Origin: Tubulanus polymorphus | Lineage: Eukaryota; Animalia; Nemertea | NCBI RefSeq assembly: GCF_964204645.1 | Contig: NC_134031.1 | Coordinates: 20,839,910-20,903,909, forward strand | DNA length: 64,000 bases | Direction of reading: 5' to 3' | Shown here: piece by piece, positions 25,701 through 36,100 of the stretch | How the letters are laid out: each line of letters begins with the position of its first letter | Position numbering within the stretch: position 1 is the stretch's first letter | Made by a program: the position numbers and the translations under genes | Notes under the pieces: model-generated | Database searches by the model: none | Seen by the model: only the letters and a program-made list of their open reading frames with translations | What the model was told of the DNA's origin: nothing

Positions 25701-28449
25701 TCAGGTACATAAAACTTTCAAACGACAACAATTGCATTGGGGATTTGTTTATGGCGTGATATTGAATTTATTTGTTGGAAAAAATGGATTAGATTTTAAT
25801 TGAATCTGAGAAATTATCTCCAATTAGGTGATCCTCGCTTGCCACAAACAATTTCCTCGATATTGGCAAAAAAGCTCACATTTGGTTTAGGCTGCTGATC
25901 AAATCATTCGAATATAAACGATAATTTTCTACACATGTTTTGTTGTTCAGGTGCTGCTCGGATTACGAGATAAGAATGACAACATTTTAGCCCTCAGCTT
26001 GCAGGCATTGGCCGATCTAGTGCCGGTAATAGGTGGATACGCCGTGGTCGGACGCGATAGAATCAAGTTATTCGCAGAAGGTCGACCGAAGGTAAATGTT
26101 TTCCATTACATCTCTATCAACTATTCGCAGTCTGGATCGACGCCCTTTCATTCAATACTTTATCACCTCATTCTAACAACACGTCGCATTTAGACATTTT
26201 GAATTGGAAAACACTTAACAAATGAACTACAAACACAGGACACAAAAACTCATGTTGAATATGTAGAGGGGTTGTGATAACAGGCTGTATAAGTGTCAGT
26301 AATCTAACTGGTTACATGAGGTGGAAAACTTAAGGAAGTTCATAAGTTTTCTGTCAAAGTCATTTCTGTTTAATATCTCAACTATAAGTCCGCTTATTAT
26401 CTATCGTTCTTCACCCGATTAAACTAATAAATTTTCTTGTATAGGCCAGTGGAAGTTGTGCAAAGTCAACGACGACAACGACCGCGCGCAGAATGTCTGG
26501 TTCGTCAACACCGAATGGAAAACTGCTCCATATTGATGAAGATGACGATGGCTTGATTCCTGTACATTCCAGTATTAGCAAAACGTTAGTACCGTCAGGC
26601 TAGAAATGATACCTTGTTTCTCCTAATCGGCCGGGTCATTTTGCAAACTGCAGAAAAATAAGTAATCAGTTCATTTCTAAAGCTGTTATGATGACTTTTA
26701 TGGTCTAAGAACTGAAATATACATATATCGTACTGGTATTTTTGATAAAACACAGAACAGAATTTCAGAACTTAACTCTGCTTTATCTTCAGTAGCCAAG
26801 AAGTAGGTCAAAAGAACGCGAATGAAAATAAGAAAACTAGACCAGCGAGAAAAGACAGAAATGAACGGCGCTCTCCGAAAAAAGAAAAAGTTACTTTAAG
26901 TATGTTCGTTCTCAGATATGTATATAGTAGGCCTCGTATAATTCAATTGGTATAGATGAAATTTATCCAGTTTATGATTAATCATCGTATTTTGGTATCT
27001 GAATGTCTGTATGTACCTATATGTATATTATTATAATATCCAGATTAGATGATTTTTGTACGCCTAAATCGCTTTATTTGATCTAATCTGGAAATGAGAG
27101 TTTTCTTTTTTACATCATTCTTTTTTTACATCATATGACGTTTAATCTGAATTTCACATTAACTGGATTTATTTCATTCGTCTCAAATTATCGGGATTTA
27201 GTTAGAATGTTATACTCTTTTCAGAGATGTTAGCGAAGAAGAGCGACTTCGACGTATCTTCTACTCCGACACAGCAGTGTTCTGCAGTCGAAGAAACCGA
27301 TGAAAGCGAAGATAAGCATTTATCCGATACGGGAAATGAACTGTTTGTGACGGGTATCGAGCATAAGTCGGAAATGGATCCGAAATCCAGCACAGAAAGT
27401 ATGAGAAGTGTTTTGGCGGTGGAGGATGTTGAGGGTGAGGAAGCGGAGGACGAGTGGTCCGATTGGGATGATTTACCTCAGCTTCAGAACCGTGTTGATG
27501 AAACCGTTAACGCGGAGAATTCAGTCAATTCTAGTCAACGATTCGAATCTCATAATTTCGAGGTTTTAAATCGGCAGCCTTCGAATAATTCCAGTTCAAC
27601 GACGAAGACGGTAGACGAGTCGTCCCCCGTTAAATCAGCGTATACTACCAGCGTCGAACTGAACACGACGAACGAAGTTTCATCTTCCGTTGAAAACAAA
27701 CATCCATCAGTCGTTCGCAAAGATAAATTATCGCGAGAAACGCGTCGCGGAGACGATCCTGACGCCGGCCTGAGTTCGATTTGGGCAGTCGCGAAGACCA
27801 GTTACGAAACTCGCGAATCGTCTACGGCGAATATCAAACAACGACCGCGCGGAACCGGCGCATTCTCAGAGATATTCGATATTAAAGATATCGAGATTAG
27901 GAGTAAAACCTCGAAATCCGACGAAATCGACGACATGTTCTCGGACATGCAGCCGGATATAAAGACACAACACGTAGATCTGTTTAGTTTGTTAGCGAGT
28001 TCCTCAACTGCTGCTGCTGCTGCTGCTGCTGCAGATACTGCCACAAACTCTCATATTAGCAGCTCATTAGCTTATACCGATGAGGTGATTATATTATCAG
28101 TTAACTTGAATTGCAGTTGCAATTGAAGCCCGATTGTAGTCGAAAGGTAAACTTGATTTTATTTGAAAAACAAGCTTTTGCCACAAGCGCTAAGTAGCAA
28201 GGGTACAGTAGCTTCATCAGGTTTTAACAAAATCAAGTTAACCTTTATTTAAGTACTATCTATCAACTTTTAACAGCAGAAGAAATGAGAAAAAAGATTG
28301 TATACATTTTTTAGGCTTTGTGTATTGGTCGTATAAAAATGAATTTTTTTTCAAATCTATACTTATAGGTGACCACAGAGACCGGTGGATGGGGTGATGA
28401 TCTCGACTGGGCTGATGTCGATATAGAACATACAACAAGCAACCAATGA
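22732..28449 (+). CDS. SCYL3: SCY1-like pseudokinase 3 (PACE-1), multi-exon
   Basis: N-myristoylation-type start [82 protein letters not shown]. HEAT region HVRDAHIRLVLLEHF and LLGLRDKND. C-terminal GGWGDDLDW. Stop TGA at 28447-28449. Confidence 0.93.
23505..23750. repeat. Degenerate intronic tandem repeat, about 6 copies of core GGGTGGCTCCRGGTGT
   Basis: Core variants near 23517, 23557, 23603, 23648, 23688 and 23727, at roughly 40-45 bp spacing. Confidence 0.7.
24172..24281. mobile_element. Palindromic MITE-like repeat
   Basis: ggatccagttcgacagttctgagtta ... taattcacaactgtggaacttgatcc inverted arms. A related copy lies at 14765. Confidence 0.7.
28009..28032 (+). repeat. (GCT)n coding trinucleotide repeat giving a poly-Ala tract in SCYL3
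   Basis: tgctgctgctgctgctgctgctgca within the large 27225-28084 exon; translates as STAAAAAAAADT. Confidence 0.9.
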
Positions 28450-29109
28450 TCACTATGTCTTCAATGAATCATTCCTTTATTTAAATATATGTCTATTTTA
28501 AGATGTCAGTATTAAGAATCTAAATTGCAGTGATATGGAAATAAAAGTCATTCATCTAGCCTTAGTTGAAATGCTTCGAAGTTTTTCTTTTTGAAGGATT
28601 CAAAGGCTTTCTATGAATTAATCAACATCACACATCAGACTTGTTTACAACTACAATTCGAGAGTAGTTTTTTTACTCTTTTTTTCACCTGAACTACTCT
28701 TAAAATATCGAAATACTGGTCTCAAGATCTGAATCATTTCCAGTTCACATTCAATTAAAACTACTATTTCTATTGTCAAATTACTCTAAATTTTGGTGCT
28801 ACCCAGGTCTGGTCAAATTGACAATAGATTTAAAAAGTACAGCAATTAACTAGACTCTACTCAGGTGGCAAAGTTATGGCAAAACATCAGAAATAGCACT
28901 ACTGATGATTGTTTAGAATAGGAGGTTTTTCTTATGGAATAGAACAAACTTCATTTTCGTTTTTTGATTCGGAATTCACGGCCGATAAAAAATCATTTAC
29001 CGATCCGTTCTCATTCTGATTTTCTTTTCTTACTAAATCGAATTGGAATTGACATATATAAAATGTTCGTGGCGGTAAATAGCGCGTTCTACCGGGTATC
29101 GAATACGCG

Positions 29110-29139
29110 GGGAAAACCCAGGTTAAGCTGGGAAATCCC
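29110..29139 (+). promoter_or_regulatory. Two NF-kappaB/Rel-type sites upstream of the STAT gene
   Basis: GGGAAAACCC at 29110-29119 and GGGAAATCCC at 29130-29139, in a CpG-rich patch upstream of the probable non-coding first exon (donor AAG/GTAGGC at about 29461). Confidence 0.55.
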
Positions 29140-30145
29140 ACTAAACAATACTCTCGTCCAGTCGGATAAATAACTGTCCTTCTATGTATTATGTAGCTAT
29201 GGATAACTTACAGATGCAGATCTACATTCTACAATCAGTAGTGGTTGATATAACGATGAATAATGGCAAAAAGTGGACAAAACACGGCATAAAATGTAGA
29301 AAAATGAAATGAGACTATTTTACCTGGTAGTGATAGTCAGTAGTATCGATTTATCAATAGTCGAACGCCGTAGTAGAGAAGTAAGACCAGCAAGATGATA
29401 ACAAATACAGATGTCGACTGTTTTCACTTTGTGCAGTCAGTTACAATTCAACCACAGGAAGGTAGGCCTAAATCAATGCAGTAGCGAATCATCAGAGCCA
29501 GAGGGAGCTAGCAGAGGGTCGACATAGTTACCTAAATCGGTGGTAAGCTTTTTATTAGGCCTATCGGATGGGCTTATACCTATATGTGGTTTGTGAAAAT
29601 ATCCGATCGTGAAACTAAACCACAGACAGGTTACTGACTGAGGATCGACAGAAAATGATGTTTTGCGACTCTGACAATCATGAATTATTTGAATGATTTG
29701 TGACTGGAAGTTCATCTAAGACACACCATAACTCACAAACTGTTGATACGTTGAATTCCAGTTCAAGTTTTCGGAACTAATTTTAAAAAAGTTTGGTCCA
29801 GTGAGACCCATACCGCCGGACCTGTAGTCAAACAAATAATTGCGAAGAAATTTTTTCTTCGCAATGGTTTGCTTGAGTTGAATGGCAGAAAAAAGCTACG
29901 TCGTCAGTCGTCTGTTATTTAGAATTTAATGGACCTTAATTACCACTGAAACCAACTTTTGTTCAACTTGTCCCGTAGTCAGTAACCTGTCTGTGGTTCA
30001 CGATCGGATATTTTCACAAACCACAGTCAGTAGGTATAGTTGGTATAATAAGCCATCCGATTGTAAAAAGCTTACCACCAACGATTAGGTAACTAACTAC
30101 TTGTCCCTGTGTTTAATTTTTTTTGCAGATCTGATCATACTAAAA

Positions 30146-33100
30146 ATGGCTGAGGGTAATCCAAAATGGCAAGACATATGGCGAGTTATTGGTGATACAA
30201 CTGATACAGAAGAGCTGTCTGACCAGTTAATGAACACATACGTGCGGGAATTAAAACTGAAGTCATCTGTGGCGTTATTCTTTCGTGAAAATCTGGCTAG
30301 TTGGATAGAAGGCATTGATTGGTAAAATGATTTTATATTGTTACAAATGACAAATGGACTGGGAGCATATTCATTAATGGCCTGCAACACAATTTTCATC
30401 ACAAATCTTCCCCCATTATATAAGATAGCTGCTTATGAAATAGAATTGATTTAAGAAGGAACTACAATCGTTTGAAAACTACCAGGACTCGAACGGACAA
30501 TTAAATTGTGCAGTCATGTGCTGGCACCATGAGAGACTCACCGGCAATCAGTCTTTACTTCGTCAGCTGTTGCAAAACTGTAAGACATTAATAGTCATGT
30601 CTAGCCTCTGACGGGAGTTTTTTTCATATCGTGCAGTAACACAGTTAGTTGAGCACAAGCCTTTCATCCATCAGGTCCATTCGAGTCTAACGTTATTCAA
30701 CTTCCCGGTCTTCATGGGTACAGTTTATGAAAGTTCCTGAAAGTCAAATGGGCTCAATGGGTTTGGGCATATACTGGTATATACCGCATTATTTTCAATT
30801 GTCCGACTAAATTGCATATGATATATTGCCAATGATAAATCAAACAGTTCAAAGTTCTGGGCAAAAAAAAATCACCTGTGCGTTTTATTAAGAAGTATTT
30901 TATAATGCTTGAATTTATGTCTAAATCGCACTTGAAATGTCAATGCGTAGACATTATTAATTGACCTTCCCAAATTTTCTTAGTAAAGCAAGGTTTACTA
31001 TATGTAGGAATTCAGAAGATACAAGGAAAAGATCAGCCAGCATTCTGGATGAACTGTTGATACAAGATCAATGTTCTCAGTCTCTTTTATTGCATACTTG
31101 TTGTAAAGGTTTAAAGGTAAGAACTGTATTTTGAATCAAGGACAGATGTATGACAATAATGTTATTAGGTCTACTGTCATGGGCGGATTTAGGAGTAAAT
31201 CTGAGGGTCTTCTCAGAATTCTAAGGGCAGTCTGAGGCCCCCCTCGAAGAAAATTTTTTGAGATTCCAGCACAGCACTGATTTGGAGCCGTTTCCTGCAT
31301 TTTGAGTCATGAAATTGTTTTGCGAGCAAAATTTATTGGGGGCACTTATAAATTTTGAGGGTGTTCCAGAAGACCTTTATGACCCCCTAGATCTATGCCT
31401 GACTGTATACTACACCCAATATCACAGAGAGGGTTCGTTCATGTTTTCCAAGATAAACTGAATCGATTAAGGTGATGAAATATTTTGATGATATTGGCCC
31501 TACAACTTTCTTACCATACCGAGTACCATTTTTTCTGCGCATAATTCTGGATTTTTCACTGACTGCATTTTGCGGTAATTATTTTCAACAGTAAATAAAA
31601 CCGTGTTATTTTGCAGAAACAATTTGCGAATAATCCTTCAGAGTTTGTTGATGCCATGTGTAGATGTATTCTTTCTGAATGCCAGATGATTACCGAGCTG
31701 ACTACTCAGCAACTAACGGTATGTGTACTTCACTTTACACTTTATAACCAAGCTGACTACTCAGCAACTAACGGTATGTGTACTTCACTTTACACTTTAT
31801 TACCAAGCTGACTACTCAGCAACTAACGGTATGTGTACTTCACTTTACACTTTATTACCAAGCTGACTACTCAGCAACTAACGGTATGTGTACTTCACTT
31901 AACACTTTATTACCAAGCTGACTACTCAGCAACTAACGGTATGTGTACCTCACTTTACACTTTATTACCAAGCTGACTACTCAGCAACTAACGGTATGTG
32001 TACTTCACTTTACACTTTATTACCAAGCTGACTACTCAGCAACTAACGGTATGTGTACTTCACTTTACACTTTATTACCAAGCTGACTACTCAGCAACTA
32101 ACGGTATGTGTACTTCACTTTACACTTTATCTTTCTGTGATATACCATCATACTGAGTTCATGTTGATTCTACAGTAGACTCCACTTGCCTTGGACTATT
32201 GCGTCCCCCATACTGTCGTACTTCATTTCATGTGATGACGATCCATCGTAACTGTGACTGTCCTAGAATTCACTTGTCTTGATCATGTAAGATGAGGCTC
32301 AGTTACAGGGAAGCTGTACGCCATTGCTCTCAGTTGTATCAGTAGGCAGCATTATCTTTTGATTTGAATAGTAGTAACAGGCCTGACTAATTGCAGAATT
32401 TTGTAATCTTCGATCTGTGAAGCCTTTCCTAAAAAGTTGAATTTATCATAGTTGCTTCTTTTATTTTAAGCAACAGCAGTTAGATGTCATCGGAGCCCAC
32501 GAAGAGGTTATGGAAAATCCTGAAGAAAAACCCGCTGAGCCAACATTGGTATGCCTTGTAACATAATTTCATCGACGTAAACATTTAACTCAAAATGGAC
32601 CCATGACATAGTAGAGATTTTTACATCCACCATCTTAATTTCATCATTCTCCGTTCATAGATGGGGAAAAGGATTTTTGAAGAAAATATATGGACATGCT
32701 TTAAATTTAGCAATATTGATTTGTTCATCCTCAGAAATTATTCAGCGTACTTTTCGCCCGCCGAAGTGTGGTCATTTAGTAGTGATTTTCAAAACTCTGT
32801 ACATAGGAGTAAAACCTCGCCTAAATCAAATAGACTGGGGCCGATATGATTCATATTTGTGAAGTGAAACTGATTTGAAAGAAAAGATACAAAATAAGAA
32901 AATGAATTTTTTTGTCAACCGAGTTAGTCAAAAGTTGGATCAAAATATGCGAGTGATTTGTAATCACTATCAAATACCACATTGTATCCCTTGATAAGTT
33001 TGTTTAACAAGGTTTATGTTTAGTTTTGTAAGCTCAGTATTTGATATTGAATTGACTATTATTTCATGCGTCCCCTATTGGGCTTGGTATCCATAGGCCC

Positions 33101-36100
33101 CAATTTACAAGTATTTTATGCTATTTTTGCTACCATTTTAGGAACTACTGCTTCACGCTTTGGCCTGTCATGATGCTGCTATTGGTAGGTTGATTTTGGT
33201 AATTAGAATTCCTTGGAATAGAAAACTAGAGCAACGAATCGGTGCAATAAGTTAATCGCACATATGAAATTGTTTTGATAGGTCAAGAAGATTTTGGAGA
33301 CGATTCAAATGAAGCATTTCAGGTAATTGAAGTAAATCAAGGTGTTTCAGTTCATCAGATTAAAGGTATTGAGATATAAGAGGGCTTATAATGTGATCTG
33401 TACAACTACGGTCTCTGTATACGCGTAGGCCTTACTTAGATACTTTTAATGTACAGTAGACTCCTCGGTACTGGTCTCTATATGATAATCCATTCAAACT
33501 GGTCGAATGATTTTCTTTCCCGACTGTTTATCGATGTGAAAAAATACAAAAATCGACACCAATTTTTGTGTGTACCGGTGACGTTTTAGCTACAGCTATG
33601 GGAGGAGTCTACTATGGTTTTTTGCTTGAGTCGTAACTACTCTGTTTCTATGTTTACCGGAGTAGGTTAACAAACAAACCACTGAGTAGGCAATAATTAA
33701 TATGAAAAAACTAAGGGAGTATGTGATGGATGACACTGAAGGAATAACCAGTCATAGTGGCGCATATGCAAAATCTGTTTCTTGTTTCAGTGTTTCTCTT
33801 GTTTTGCACGCACTAGATTTATCTATCTCTATATCGGTATTCTCCGTCCATTGCTGATGAAGCATTTTGAAATATTTTCAGAATTTCTTTGAAATACTCG
33901 TGAGATGGCATGGTAAAATTGACTCAGAATGGGGTAAGGTACGCGACGGCATTGAGAGTTGGGAACTACAGTTACGTTGTCCTGAGATGATGACCAGCCC
34001 AATGAGAATTGAAATCTTACAAGAGAGGTGAGTCCGGACAGGGTTGGGTCCAGAGCAAAAACTGAGGGTCTAACCAAATTTTTTTAGGGAAGATTAAAAT
34101 TCCGGCAAGGGAATGATAGGAAAAGGCATTCCGGCAATGCCATTGTGATAGAATAAAATACCTTTTTAAACAGTTCATGGACAACACTGAGACATAGATG
34201 GGTCGTAGTTCGAGGTGTTAAATAAATTGATTAATCATTCACAGTGGTGATTTAATGATTCAAGCGCATTGATTTTTGGCGTTCCTGATTGATTTCCGTA
34301 ATGGAAATTCCATTTAAAAAGATGTCCGTTTCATTTTTTATCGCTATTTTTCTGTTTTAGTTTTAGCCAGCTGTTTGAAGAGATTTATGAAGGCCTCAAA
34401 AATTTGATAACCCCTTTAATGAATAAGAATAAAGAAATTGAAGAACAGATCTACCAAGTCATTGGCATTTCTCAAGAAATGCTGAATAGGTAAAATAAGA
34501 TTTGTTACACGGTTCCTCAGTTGTGGTTCAATGAAGTTTTAGATTCTAGACTAAAGAAACAAAGAAGATTAGTTCATTTTTGAATACGTCAAGCAAGGAA
34601 GCCAGGTCATCGGTTTGTACATTACTGTAGTGTCCCCGGGCATGACATTTATCCTCATTGCCTCTCTTCGCCCCGGAGTAAATGGGTACCTGGCCTGATA
34701 GATGACTCCTGAACGCCTCTAGTAGCTGCTCAGATATTACCTCTCCTCGGGGAGAGATGACTAATAAACGGTTTAGTTCTAGGCTGGGGGGTAATAATAA
34801 CAATTTAATAGAAAGTGGCGTTGAACATTGAATCACAGTGTTATTAATTACTAGTACAATTAGTATTACTGAAATATCAAACAAGTGAACAAAAAGAATA
34901 AACGAGATACTGGAAAACTCATATAATAGCAATGGTGGCAAACAGAAGTACTACACTGGTATTTAATGGTTACCGTATATCTCATAGTTGGCAGCAAATG
35001 TGAATGTAGAGAAACTGGTAAATAATGATAATCTTTTACAATTTCAGATCATTTGTTTATATTTCTCAGCCGGATAATACTCTCAAATGTTCTGGTGGTT
35101 CTTATACGATCAAGGGAATTTCTGTTGAGTTAAGGTAGGACGATTGAAATTGTGTTTTATTCAACTAGTGATTAATAGGGCGAAATAATGATTTATTCCG
35201 CACGTACAGTTACAGTGGTTCATTAGAATTTCTATGTAAGAAAATTAATTAATTTCATACTAGATAGAAAATACTTCCAGTTACTACAAACATATTTATT
35301 GGTCTCCAGAAGTTTGTTGTGGATAAGTCACTGTATTGTCAATAATCTTCTATACTCTTCTCAAATAACAGATGGCTGTTGTGCAGTGATGTGGTATGCA
35401 AACAATTTCAAATAAGGTGTACTGGTTATGATCTCGTATACGCTAACCAACACGCTGACAAACCGATAGCGAAGCCTAAGAAAGAATTCAAAGGTGAACC
35501 TATTAGCAGTGCAACTGGTCGACACACGATGAACGACGTGGTATTGAAGTATGAAAAGAAAAGAGTTGTACCCCTAATGGAATCACTCTGCGTATTCAGA
35601 ACAAAGATGCGACTTGAATTTAACAAAGAGTTGCTTTCTTTGTCGAAATTTTGGTCGCTGGATATCGCTGTAAGTACGCAAATCTATTTTCCTTAACAAT
35701 TACCGATATTTCCTGGAATCTATGCATACCCGGTACTGTTACATTGGAATCTAGTCTTGAAAACCTGAAGATAGGCCTACTGGTCACCCCTATATGTTCT
35801 GGAATCTTGTTAGCACTTTCCTTACCGCAATTCAGAAAATAAAATCTGCCCATTATGTCACATAGTTCTAAGACATTGATCCAGTATATAAACAAGCGCT
35901 GTTGATCGATGCTGAAATGCTGTAAAAAGGCGACAAAATTTTCAGAACTTATTTTTCATTTTTGATGTTTTAGTGCAACACAGGTTTGATGATAGTAACC
36001 TCCCATCCCTCACAGTATGAAGACGCCCTGGCAGCTCTTACGTGGGATGTTTGTAGTGGTGGAAGGGTAGGTACCGGCAGATTATATAAACGAGCTACAA

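Noticed and set aside
26445-26900. Possible GC donor (CAG/GCTAGA at about 26599) in SCYL3
   Set aside because: Poor match to the GC-donor consensus, and the downstream acceptor phase is ambiguous. It cannot be supported without transcripts.
31696-32130. CRISPR-like appearance of the 55-bp array (and the 57-bp array at 47713-48168)
   Set aside because: Units are contiguous near-identical repeats without unique spacers, there are no cas genes, and the context is eukaryotic introns.
33209-35718. GAS-like sites in STAT introns (TTCCTTGGAA at 33209, TTCCTGGAA at 35710) as an autoregulatory loop
   Set aside because: Isolated short motifs far from the promoter. The same TTCCTGGAA occurs at 10031 in an unrelated intron, so chance is sufficient.
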